Below the pieces are notes generated by a model. That model did not search any database and was not told the origin of the DNA. It saw only the letters and a list, made by a program, of their open reading frames with translations. This document shows, piece by piece, positions 39,356 through 48,113 of a stretch of 64,000 nucleotides of DNA (the stretch's first letter is position 1; each line of letters opens with the position of its first letter). Where the stretch lies: contig NZ_CP022316.1 in the NCBI RefSeq assembly GCF_002216795.1, positions 2,445,205-2,509,204 of the forward strand, written 5' to 3'. Origin of the DNA: Brachybacterium avium (lineage in GTDB: Bacteria > Actinomycetota > Actinomycetes > Actinomycetales > Dermabacteraceae). The translations under genes and the position numbers were made by a program.

Positions 39356-41197
39356 TCAGAAGGGCGGCGTGGTCTCGTCGAGGGTGGGCCCGGGAGGGAT
39401 GATCCGGCGGGCATGACGGCCGGGGTAGGCCTTCGCGAACGCGTCGGCGCGCTGCTCCGCGACCCGTTCCGTGCGGGGTCGGGCCTTCTCCTCGGCGTGG
39501 AGACGCGTCGCGTCCGCGTGGGCGCGCTGGTGGACTCGCCAGGCTCGTTCGAGTGCTTCGACGGAGTGTGGTGTGAGGAGATCCGTGTTCTCTCTGGTGC
39601 GGGTCCGGACTTCGCCGTCGAGGACCCAGGACGTCTCCCTTGGCCCTGCGGTGGTGGAGCCGTCCCCGCCGCCGGGATCGTCGTCCGGGTTGCGGGTGGG
39701 GTCGATCAGTCCGGCGGTCTTGAGCTTGTGGTGCAGCCAGCAGAGCCGGTGGAGGTTCCACAGGCTGGTCTGGCCGCCCTTGCCGGGATGGTCGTGGTCG
39801 TACTCGATGATGTGGTCGTCCTCCGCCGCGATCACGGTGGCCCGGGTGCAGCCGGGCGCGGCGCAGACGGCGTGGCGTAGCCGCAGCTGGAGCCGCATCT
39901 GTGCAGTCGGGTGATAGGTCTGGGCGGTCACGGGAAGGTGGGCGCCGCTGATCGGATCGGTCAGGATCCGCTGCCAGGTGCTCTCCCCGGCCGCGAGCAG
40001 TCGTGCCTGCTCTGCCGGGACCGGTGTCATCCCCTCCAGCATCGCGGGCGCATCATCGACACCCAGCAGCGTGGTGGCGGGGACGGTGACCAGGATCTTG
40101 TACGGGCTCGAGGTCTCCTGGACGGGGTCGATGTCCAGGACCGAGTGGACCAGGATCGCGTATCGCAGCGTGCGCAACGAGAGGGCTCTGCCGCGCTCGT
40201 GGAGGTTCTCATCGATGTCGAAGGGCAGCGGTCCTTCGACCCCGTCCTCCAGACCGGCACGCTGGGCCTTCTGGACGGTGCGGGAGGCGATGTCGAGCCG
40301 GTGGGCGAGGGCCTGGATCTCCGGGATCGGACCCGTGACGTACAGCGAGGCGGTGCCGGTCTCGGTGTTGACGTCCACGATCTCCACGTTTCGGGACTCC
40401 GACGGCGGAGTGGGGACCGTTCCCGCGACCGCCAGGGCGACGGCGAGGGTGACCTGCTTGTCGAAGGTCGCCTTCGACACCGACGGGATCTCCACGCCGG
40501 ACATATGGGCGTCGACCTGCCGGACCTGGTCCTCGGACAGGCGACGGACGTGCCGGATCAGGGAGTGGTGCCAGGCCTCGGGCAGGTCCCCTGCGCGCAC
40601 GTGCTCGAAGGTCAGCGGCATCCACTCCACGGCGGTGTGGGCGTCGGTGACCTGCACCTGAGCATGGAAGCAGCTGCACCGCAGCCCGGTTGCGACCTTC
40701 AGCGCCGTCACATCCGCGTCATCCAGCAGCCCCTGCACGGCGGGGTCCTCTCGGAAGAACGTCGAGAGCTGACGGAGCTGATGGGCATAGAGCCGGGCAC
40801 GGGTCTTCATCGTCTGATGCATCGAGAGCACCCGAGCTGCTTCGAGGCTGCCGGGCTCGACCTCCTCCAGGATGTACTCCTCGGACAGTGCGCGCCGCGC
40901 CCGCGCCCGCCATGTCGGGGAGTCGGCGGAGGAGGGGGCGACACGAGCGGTGCGGACATGTCCGGGATCCTCAGCGGCGGCCTCGCCGGCCGGGTCGTGG
41001 CCCTCGACAGCGGGATCCCGAGGCCTGTCGACGTCGTCGTGCGACCTGCCGACCGCGTCGTGCGTCCCGCCGGAGGCGTCTGTGCGACCGAACTCCTGGT
41101 CCTCGAACTCACCCACCGTCGCCACCCCCTCCCCGCGCCAGAGCACTTCTCGAACCGCATCTGCGATATCCCTCAACCGTATTCTGTGCGCAACCAA
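39356..41197 (-). CDS. DUF222 domain protein with C-terminal HNH endonuclease (REP13E12-type)
   Basis: C-terminal HNH (CAAPGCTRA...DHIIEYDH...NLHRLCWLHHKLK). True start uncertain; an internal M at about 40822 is possible. Confidence 0.65.
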   Translation of the reverse strand: MVAHRIRLRDIADAVREVLWRGEGVATVGEFEDQEFGRTDASGGTHDAVGRSHDDVDRPRDPAVEGHDPAGEAAAEDPGHVRTARVAPSSADSPTWRARARRALSEEYILEEVEPGSLEAARVLSMHQTMKTRARLYAHQLRQLSTFFREDPAVQGLLDDADVTALKVATGLRCSCFHAQVQVTDAHTAVEWMPLTFEHVRAGDLPEAWHHSLIRHVRRLSEDQVRQVDAHMSGVEIPSVSKATFDKQVTLAVALAVAGTVPTPPSESRNVEIVDVNTETGTASLYVTGPIPEIQALAHRLDIASRTVQKAQRAGLEDGVEGPLPFDIDENLHERGRALSLRTLRYAILVHSVLDIDPVQETSSPYKILVTVPATTLLGVDDAPAMLEGMTPVPAEQARLLAAGESTWQRILTDPISGAHLPVTAQTYHPTAQMRLQLRLRHAVCAAPGCTRATVIAAEDDHIIEYDHDHPGKGGQTSLWNLHRLCWLHHKLKTAGLIDPTRNPDDDPGGGDGSTTAGPRETSWVLDGEVRTRTRENTDLLTPHSVEALERAWRVHQRAHADATRLHAEEKARPRTERVAEQRADAFAKAYPGRHARRIIPPGPTLDETTPPF

Positions 41198-41228
41198 TAC
41201 TGAAGGGTCACCATGAAATGGGGATGAA

Positions 41229-41294
41229 TCTGTGGATAACTCCGCTGTGTGGAGGAATGGTTCTGTGGATAACCACCAGGTGTGGAGGAACGAT
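41229..41294 (+). repeat. two tandem 33-bp units, each TCTGTGGATAAC-N6-GTGTGGAGGAA (contains TGTGGATAA, the reverse complement of DnaA box TTATCCACA)
   Basis: Direct tandem duplication read from the sequence. Further TGTGGNGGA copies at about 41407 and 41505. Locally AT-richer than the genome. Confidence 0.7.
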
Positions 41295-41534
41295 CCGCGC
41301 AGACGACTCGCGAGTGACCCGCAAGAACGATGTCTGAGCAGGTCGAGAGGCGTTGTGGGCCGATATCGCGCCTGCCTGCCGTGCGGACTGTCGAGAAAGC
41401 CTCCGGTGTGGCGGAAACCCGGTTCGCAGAGGGAGGAAAAGGGTGATGAACGGCGCCTCGATCGAAGTCAAGAGGGGTCCGGAAAATGTGCAAAAAGCGG
41501 AGTGTGGAGGAAAGGTGCGCGGGACTTTCTGTCG

Positions 41535-41582
41535 TCGGCACCTTTCCTACTCGGCACCTTTCCTCTTCGGCACCTATCCTCC
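41535..41582 (+). repeat. three tandem 16-bp repeats TCGGCACCT(T/A)TCCTnn, followed by CCGGCTsCTCC x2
   Basis: tcggcacctttcctac / tcggcacctttcctct / tcggcacctatcctcc, about 150 nt upstream of the AAA ATPase start. Confidence 0.7.
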
Positions 41583-41733
41583 CCGGCTGCTCCCCGGCTC
41601 CTCCCCGTCGGCGCCTTCCCCTCCGGTGCAGCGCCGCGCCGGGCCGCCGCACCGGAGCCCTCCCGCGACGCCTGCCCGCGCCGCCCACACGCGAGGCCTG
41701 TACATACACCGACATACAGAGCACCATGGCTCC

Positions 41734-42990
41734 ATGGCGATCTCTCCCTCGAACCGCATGCCGCCCTCGCACCGCACGACATCCACCAGCCCCGCGGCCG
41801 CCCGCACCATCTCTGGGGCCAACCCCTTCACCCCCGGCTTCGGCCTCACTCCGATGATCCTCGCCGGACGCGAGGTGGCGATCGACGAGTTCACCGCGGC
41901 GCTCGCCGGGAACATCCCCGAGGCGCGGGCGATCCTGATCTCCGGCGCCCGCGGCTCCGGCAAGACCGTGCTGCTGACCGAGTTCCGGGAGCTCGCGCTC
42001 GAGGCGGGCTGGACCGATCTGCGTATGCACACCTCCTCCACCTCGCTCATCGAGGAGCTGCGCAGCCAGGCCATCGCCCGCCTGCGGGAGATGGATCCGG
42101 AGGCCGAGATCTCCCGGCTCACCTCCGCGCGGGCGTTCAACGTCGGCGCCTCCCGGGATATCGTCCGGCGCTACGAGGGGGAGGGGGAGGTGCTCACCAC
42201 GGTGCTGGACCGACTCGCCCAGCTGTGCGACGAGGACGGCGGCGGTCTGCTGATCACCCTGGACGAGCTGCAGTCGGTGGACCGCGACCAGCTGCACGCC
42301 CTCACCCAGCACGTGCAGGACCTCATCGGCTCCGGCCATGCGGTCGCCTTCATCGCTGCCGGGGTGCGCCCCGGAGTCGACGCCCTGCTGGACCACGAGC
42401 GCACCACCTTCCTGCGCCGGGCGCACCGGATCGAGGTGGGCAGCGTCGACGTCGGCACGGCGGCGGAGGCGATCCGCATGACCATCGCCGACACCGCGCG
42501 GACGATCACCCCGGAGGCGACGGTGCTGGCCGGCGAGATCTCGCGGGGCTATCCGTACCTGATCCAGCTCATCGGGTCGAAGGCCTGGCAGAACAGCGGT
42601 GACGCGGAGACCATCGAGATCGAGGACGTGCGCGGCGGGCGGGAATCCGTGATCGCGGCGATGATCAAGAACGTCCACGGCCCGGCGCTGCGGGGGCTGA
42701 GCTCCCGCAAGCGCGAATACCTCCACGCGATGCTCGAGGACGAGGGCCCCTCCGCCGTCGGCGACATCGCCCGGCGAATGGACATCGACCCCCGCAACCA
42801 GTCCACCTACCGCGAGCGGCTCATCGAGGAGGAGCTGATCCGACCAGCCGGGCGCGGCTTCGTCGAGTTCGCGCTGCCCTACCTCGGCGACGCGCTGCGG
42901 CACGAGGCGCGGGAGGGAGTGGGGGCCGACGTCGAACCCGATAAGGGAGTTAGTCGTTCCCATCGGGCCCGGCGCAAGGGCCGACCATAG
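41734..42990 (+). CDS. AAA-family ATP-binding protein with C-terminal winged-helix (Arch_ATPase/DUF4143-like)
   Basis: Start MAISPSNR. Walker A ILISGARGSGKTVLL. Walker B LLITLDELQ. C-terminal wHTH (SAVGDIARRMDIDPRNQSTYRERLIEEELI). The minus-strand ORF 41173-43314 opposite is an artefact. Confidence 0.65.
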   Translation: MAISPSNRMPPSHRTTSTSPAAARTISGANPFTPGFGLTPMILAGREVAIDEFTAALAGNIPEARAILISGARGSGKTVLLTEFRELALEAGWTDLRMHTSSTSLIEELRSQAIARLREMDPEAEISRLTSARAFNVGASRDIVRRYEGEGEVLTTVLDRLAQLCDEDGGGLLITLDELQSVDRDQLHALTQHVQDLIGSGHAVAFIAAGVRPGVDALLDHERTTFLRRAHRIEVGSVDVGTAAEAIRMTIADTARTITPEATVLAGEISRGYPYLIQLIGSKAWQNSGDAETIEIEDVRGGRESVIAAMIKNVHGPALRGLSSRKREYLHAMLEDEGPSAVGDIARRMDIDPRNQSTYRERLIEEELIRPAGRGFVEFALPYLGDALRHEAREGVGADVEPDKGVSRSHRARRKGRP

Positions 42991-43021
42991 TCGATGGTCA
43001 TGGCCCGGCTGCGTCAGTAGC

Positions 43022-43531
43022 GTGGACGACGCCATGAACTCGAGATCCCTCGCTCCGTCCCGCCCGGCACGCAGCGGCACCACCGGGCCCATCACCCGTG
43101 GGCTGCGATGGCTCGGCGTGCTCGCCGCCGGTGGGATCACGGCGTGGATCATCGTGCGGTACCCCTCCCTCCCGGACACCGTCGCCACGCATTTCACGGT
43201 GAGCGGGCAAGCCGACGACTGGGGACCGAAATGGTCGATCCTGGTGCTCGCCGGCGTGATGCTGCTCCTCTCGCTGGCCCTCGCCGCACTGTCGGTACGC
43301 CCGCGGCTCTTCAACTATCCGGTGGCGGTCACCGCGAGCAACGCCCAGGCCATCTACCGCGAAGGGGAGCGGATGATGGTCGGGACGCTGCTCGGCGTGG
43401 TGCTGCTCTATCTCGGGATCGCCTGGTCCGTGGTGCTGACCGGCGGAACGGCGCTGACCGTCAGCGGGATCGTGCTGATGCTCGCAGCGACCATCATCGG
43501 GATCGTGCGCCTGGTGCGCGTCGGGCGCTGA
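43022..43531 (+). CDS. DUF1648-family membrane protein
   Basis: N-terminal motif RYPSLPDTVATHFTVSGQADDWGPK, then 3 TM helices. 169 aa. Confidence 0.55.
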   Translation: MDDAMNSRSLAPSRPARSGTTGPITRGLRWLGVLAAGGITAWIIVRYPSLPDTVATHFTVSGQADDWGPKWSILVLAGVMLLLSLALAALSVRPRLFNYPVAVTASNAQAIYREGERMMVGTLLGVVLLYLGIAWSVVLTGGTALTVSGIVLMLAATIIGIVRLVRVGR

Positions 43532-43541
43532 GAGCCCGCCC

Positions 43542-44642
43542 TCAGACCCGGGCGAGGGCGAGCGCGAGGTTGTCCGGTCCGCCGGCGGTCAGCGCCAGCT
43601 CGACGAGCGACCCCGCCAGCGCCTCGAGATCCTCCGTCCCGCCGGTCAGCGCCTGGGCGAGGACCGCGGGATCCACCACGGCGTGCAGCCCGTCGGTCGC
43701 CACCAGCACCAGATCCCCCGGGGCGAGCCGGCGCATCAGCAGATCCGGGGCGGTGGGGGCGCCCGCAGCGAGGGCGCGGTTCAGCACGGCACGCTCCGGA
43801 TGCGCGGCGACCTCCTCGGGGGAGAGCCGGCCCGCCTCGACCAGGGAGCGCAGGCGGGTGTGGTCCTGGGTGACGTGCTCGACCTGCCCGCCGTGCACCC
43901 GCACCACCCGGGTGTCCCCGAGATGCGCCACGTGCAGTCGATCCCCATCGAGCACCGCCGCGGTGAGGGTGGAGCCGGCATCTCCCTTGGTCGGTACCAG
44001 CGCTTCCACCGCGGACCACGCCGTCTCCAGCGCGGTGAGCGGCGCGGCCGACGGGTCGGCTCCGAGCTCGCGCTCGAGCGCCGCCGCGAGCGTCGACAGG
44101 ATCCGCGACGCGAGATCGTCCGCGCTGCCGAAGCCGTCGGCGACGGCGAGCAGGGTGCGCCCGCCGGGAAGCTCGCGCACGAGCACGGCATCCTGCTGGG
44201 CGGTGCGCACCAGGCCCTGATGCAGCGCCGAGGCGGTGCGGGGCGCAGCGGTGGCTGAGGTGGGGGAGATGGTCATGATGTCCTCCGAAGGGAGCTCCCC
44301 GAGATCACGGGCGAGGGCGGTGACGGCGGCGGCGCGGGAGAGGGCGTCGGCCTCCTCCTGCCGCCACCACGAGCGCAGCTCCGCAGCAGCGGCGCCGGTC
44401 TCCAGATCGCACAGCACGCCGATGCGGGCGAGCCCCATCCCGAGGCCGCGCAGCGCGGCGATGAGTCGGGCCCGCTGCACCTGGTCCGTCCCGTAGGAGC
44501 GGTAGCCGGTGAACGGGTCGACCCGGCGCGGCACCAGCAGCCCCGAGTCGGCGTAGAGGCGCAGCGCCTTCGGGCTCAGGCCGCTCGCGGCGGCCAGCTC
44601 CCCGATGCTCAGCAGCGTCTCGTCCATGCGATCCTCCGTCAT
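43542..44642 (-). CDS. MerR-family HTH fused to PP2C-type Ser/Thr phosphatase domain
   Basis: N-terminal MerR HTH (LSIGELAAASGLSPKALRLYADSGLLVPRR). C-terminal PP2C-like block (LAVADGFGS...DGLH...GGPDN). Confidence 0.7.
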   Translation of the reverse strand: MTEDRMDETLLSIGELAAASGLSPKALRLYADSGLLVPRRVDPFTGYRSYGTDQVQRARLIAALRGLGMGLARIGVLCDLETGAAAAELRSWWRQEEADALSRAAAVTALARDLGELPSEDIMTISPTSATAAPRTASALHQGLVRTAQQDAVLVRELPGGRTLLAVADGFGSADDLASRILSTLAAALERELGADPSAAPLTALETAWSAVEALVPTKGDAGSTLTAAVLDGDRLHVAHLGDTRVVRVHGGQVEHVTQDHTRLRSLVEAGRLSPEEVAAHPERAVLNRALAAGAPTAPDLLMRRLAPGDLVLVATDGLHAVVDPAVLAQALTGGTEDLEALAGSLVELALTAGGPDNLALALARV

Positions 44643-44774
44643 GCCTCACCCGATCTCCCGGGCACCGGGTCCGTCCCGGTGATGACCACGCTCGGGATTG
44701 TCCCCGGGGAGAGTCAAGCCGTGCGCGGGGAAATTCCGTCGACCAGCGAGGATCCCGCATGATCCACTGACCCC

Positions 44775-45815
44775 ATGCATCTGACGATCCGCCACCTGGA
44801 CCCCACCTCCGAGGTCGAGCTTGACCAGTATCTCGCCCTGGACAGGGCACTGGACGAGCACACCTACGGCGGCAGCCAGGCGATGACCCGCGAGCAGCTG
44901 CGCACGCAGCTCGCCGGCTCCCCGTACTGGAGCGTGCGGCGCTGGGTCGCCGTCGTCGAGTCGATGGAGGGCGGCGAGAGCCTCGTCGGCCGCGCCAGCA
45001 CGTTCATGCCGCTGCAGGAGAACCTCGAGACCATCTCCGTCGGCGTCTCCATCCATCCCGCGTTCCGCGGCCAGGGGATCGCGACCGCGATGGTCCAGGA
45101 GGTGCTGCTCCCCGCGATCCGCGAATCCGGCCGCACCCTGGTCGAGGGGTACGGCGAGATTCCGGCCGACGGCGACGCCGACGCCCCTGAGCTGCCGGTG
45201 AACCGTCTGGCCCGCCGGGTCGGGATCACCCGCAAGAACCTCGCCGTCTGCCGCGCGCTGCCGCTCCCCCTGAACGAGACGCTGCTGGAGACGCTGCAGG
45301 CCGAGGTCGAGGAGGAGCTCGGCGAGTACCGCATCGAGCTGTGGGACGGCGAGATCCCCGAGGAGCACCTGCTCGCCTACGGCCTGCTGCTGCGCCAGCT
45401 CGAGCTCGACGAGCCCGACGAGGAGGTCGAGCACGAGGCGTCCGAGTACACGCCGGAGCGCATCCGCGAGAGCGAGCGGCGGATGCGCGAGGCGGGAACG
45501 GCGCGGATCGCCGCGGTCGCCCTCGCGCCCGACGGCAGCTTCGTCGGCAACTCCGAGGTCCACGTCCACACCGCGCCGGGCAGCACCCTCGGCTGGCAGG
45601 AGAACACCCTGGTCATGCCCGAGCATCGGGGGCACCGGCTGGGCCTCGCGCTGAAGGTCGCCACCCATCGGCAGCTGCGCGAGCGCGCCCCGCAGCTGCG
45701 CTCGCTGGTGACCTGGAACTCGCATGTGAACCCGTGGATGATCGAGATCAACGAGAAGCTCGGATACCAGATCGTGTACCGGGAGCTGGTGCTGCAGGGC
45801 CGACCCTCGCTCTGA
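44775..45815 (+). CDS. tandem double-GNAT acetyltransferase
   Basis: 346 aa with two acetyltransferase-like halves (HPAFRGQGIATAMV; EHRGHRLGLALKVA). The architecture resembles MshD-type two-domain GNATs. Confidence 0.65.
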   Translation: MHLTIRHLDPTSEVELDQYLALDRALDEHTYGGSQAMTREQLRTQLAGSPYWSVRRWVAVVESMEGGESLVGRASTFMPLQENLETISVGVSIHPAFRGQGIATAMVQEVLLPAIRESGRTLVEGYGEIPADGDADAPELPVNRLARRVGITRKNLAVCRALPLPLNETLLETLQAEVEEELGEYRIELWDGEIPEEHLLAYGLLLRQLELDEPDEEVEHEASEYTPERIRESERRMREAGTARIAAVALAPDGSFVGNSEVHVHTAPGSTLGWQENTLVMPEHRGHRLGLALKVATHRQLRERAPQLRSLVTWNSHVNPWMIEINEKLGYQIVYRELVLQGRPSL

Positions 45816-45892
45816 GTCCCCGACACGCCGCCCCGCCTCCCGTTCCCTGCCGCCCGTCGGGCTAGGTTCGGCGGCACGGGAAGGGGCTGTAG

Positions 45893-47110
45893 ATGACCGT
45901 GCAGGCGAAGCACCGCAGGAAGTCGCGGCGAGGGCGACCGCATGAGCAGTTCACCATCGCCATCGCGATCCTCTCGCTGGTGATGGCCGGAGGTATGGTC
46001 GCCGGCCTCGCGACCAGCGCGATCGGGCCCGACGACGGGCGGACGGCCGCCGGCGCGGCACCGGAGATGCCGCCGGGCGACCCCTCGGACACCACCCGCC
46101 TGGTGCATCTGGACCGCATCACCGGGGACATCACCCCGAAGTCCGTGGTCGCGAGCCCCACCGGCACCGTCATCGCCAACAACATGATGTACAGCCACTC
46201 CTCGACGCTGTACGACGCCGAGACCCTCGAGCTCACCGACACGGTCCGCGACGAGGTCGACCTCGCCGAGTTCGGCGTCCCGGAGCGGGCCGGGGTCACC
46301 CAGGGCGCTCCCGTCGAGGCGGTGTTCTCACCGGATGGGAAGTACGCCTACGTCTCCCAGTACCGGCTCCAGGGCCCCGGCGCGGGCGAGGTCGCGCACG
46401 ACGACTGCCGGGCCGGCGAGCAGGTCGGGCCCTCCGCGGTGTTCCGCCTCGACGTCGCCGCCGGCCAGTGGGACCAGGTGATCGAGGTGGGCCGGGTCCC
46501 GAAGTTCATCTCCCTCTCCGCGGACGGCAGCCGCGCCCTGGTCTCGAACTGGTGCGACGAGACCGTCTCCGTGCTCGACCTCGAGGCCGGGCAGGAGACC
46601 CGGGTGATCCCCATCGACTCCGCACCCCGCGGCAGCGTGATCCTGCCCGACAATCGCACCGCCTATGTGACCGCGATGTTCGCCGATGAGCTGTTCCGGG
46701 TGGACCTCGTCACCGGCGAGAGCGAGCTCGTGCTCGAGACCGGCCGCAAGCCCCGCCACCTGGTGCTCTCACCCGATGCGAGCAGGATGTATCTGACCGT
46801 CTCCGGCAGCGACCGGCTGGTCGAGCTCGACGCCTCCACCGGTGAGGTGCTGCGCACCGCCGAGACCGGCCGCGAGCCCCGCACCATGGCGATCTCCCCG
46901 GACGGCCTGGCGCTGTACATCGTGAACTACTACGCCAACACCGTCTCCAAGTTCGACACCGCGACACTGCAGGAGATCCAGACGGTCGAGGTGGGGAAGA
47001 ACCCCATCGGCATCACCTACGAACCCACCCAGCGCCGGGTCTGGGTCGCGAACTACGCCGGCTCGATCGACGTCTTCGACGACACCGCCGGTGGCACCAT
47101 GGAGCCATGA
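45893..47110 (+). CDS. YVTN-family beta-propeller repeat protein with N-terminal TM anchor
   Basis: TM segment (FTIAIAILSLVMAGGMVAGL), then repeated about 40-aa units (YVS..., ALVSNWCDETVSVLD, YLTVSGSDRLVELD, LYIVNYYANTVSKFD). Confidence 0.6.
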   Translation: MTVQAKHRRKSRRGRPHEQFTIAIAILSLVMAGGMVAGLATSAIGPDDGRTAAGAAPEMPPGDPSDTTRLVHLDRITGDITPKSVVASPTGTVIANNMMYSHSSTLYDAETLELTDTVRDEVDLAEFGVPERAGVTQGAPVEAVFSPDGKYAYVSQYRLQGPGAGEVAHDDCRAGEQVGPSAVFRLDVAAGQWDQVIEVGRVPKFISLSADGSRALVSNWCDETVSVLDLEAGQETRVIPIDSAPRGSVILPDNRTAYVTAMFADELFRVDLVTGESELVLETGRKPRHLVLSPDASRMYLTVSGSDRLVELDASTGEVLRTAETGREPRTMAISPDGLALYIVNYYANTVSKFDTATLQEIQTVEVGKNPIGITYEPTQRRVWVANYAGSIDVFDDTAGGTMEP

Positions 47111-47574
47111 ACCAGAACATCGACGGCATCGTCACCGCCTCCCGGGAGGTTGCTGCCCCGGCCGAGACGCTCTTCGCCCTGATCGCCGACCCTGCGCAGC
47201 AGCCCCGCTGGGACGGCAACGACAACCTCGCCGACGCCGCACCCGGCCAGCGGGTCCATGCCGTCGGCGACGTGTTCGTGATGACGAACCAGAACGGCGG
47301 GGTGCGCGACAACCACATCGTCGCCTTCGCCGAGGGGCGCGAGATCGCCTGGCGCACCGCACCGCACGGCGAGCAGCCGCCCGGCCACCAGTGGGGCTGG
47401 CAGCTCGAACCGCTCGCAGATGGCGGAACCCGTGTCACCCACACCTACGACTTCACCGCACTGCCGGCCGAGCAGGAGAAGCGCCTGGCCAAGGCACGCC
47501 TGATGACTCCCGAGAAGCTGCGGGCCTCGATCGACCGCCTGGCGGCGCTCGCCGAGGAGGGCGAGGACTCCTGA
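47107..47574 (+). CDS. SRPBCC (polyketide cyclase/dehydrase-like) family protein
   Basis: 155 aa. ATGA overlap with the upstream gene. Sequence compatible with a START/Bet v1-like fold. Confidence 0.6.
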   Translation: MNQNIDGIVTASREVAAPAETLFALIADPAQQPRWDGNDNLADAAPGQRVHAVGDVFVMTNQNGGVRDNHIVAFAEGREIAWRTAPHGEQPPGHQWGWQLEPLADGGTRVTHTYDFTALPAEQEKRLAKARLMTPEKLRASIDRLAALAEEGEDS

Positions 47575-47627
47575 GCTCGCCGCAGGAACCACCGGATCGG
47601 CCCGTCGACCCCAGGACCCGCGGGCCG

Positions 47628-48113
47628 ATGATGGACCCCGCCGTCGCCCGGATCGAATCGACGATCGAACAGGCGATGCGCCGCGGCGACTTCGACGACC
47701 TGCCCGGGGCCGGGGAGCCGCTGGACCTGCCCGCCTCCCACGACCCGGACTGGTGGATCAACCAGCGCCTGGCCAACGGCGAGATCGATCGCGAGGCGCT
47801 GCTGCCGGTGGTGGTGCTGCTGCGCAAGGAGTACGAGCGGCGCGAGCAGACCCTCGCCGCCCTCCCGCACGAGCGCGCCGCACGCGAGTACGCCGAGGAC
47901 TTCACCGAGCGGGTCCACCAGGACCGCCGCGCGAACCCCTTCCAGACGATGCTCGCCCCGGCCTGGGATCCGGAGGACGCGGCGCGGCGCTGGCGGGAGC
48001 TGCGGGCGGCGGCGCCGGAGCCCGCGCCGGTGCCGACGGAGCCGCAGCCCCCGCACGCACCGGCCGCTCGGTCACCGCGCCGGCGGTGGTGGCCCTTCGG
48101 CAGGCGGACCTGA
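47628..48113 (+). CDS. DUF1992 (DnaJ-like) domain protein
   Basis: IESTIEQAMRRGDFDDLPGAGEPLDL motif typical of DUF1992. The upstream part of ORF 47091-48113 overlaps the SRPBCC gene in another frame. Confidence 0.5.
   Translation: MMDPAVARIESTIEQAMRRGDFDDLPGAGEPLDLPASHDPDWWINQRLANGEIDREALLPVVVLLRKEYERREQTLAALPHERAAREYAEDFTERVHQDRRANPFQTMLAPAWDPEDAARRWRELRAAAPEPAPVPTEPQPPHAPAARSPRRRWWPFGRRT

Noticed and set aside
41200-41733. Chromosomal oriC hypothesis
   Set aside because: Not called as oriC. Neither dnaA-dnaN-recF-gyrB nor parAB is in the window, so it is kept as a DnaA-box or iteron cluster of uncertain function.
41173-43314. 713-aa minus-strand ORF
   Set aside because: Antisense to the AAA ATPase and DUF1648 genes, and spans the repeat region. 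No motifs.
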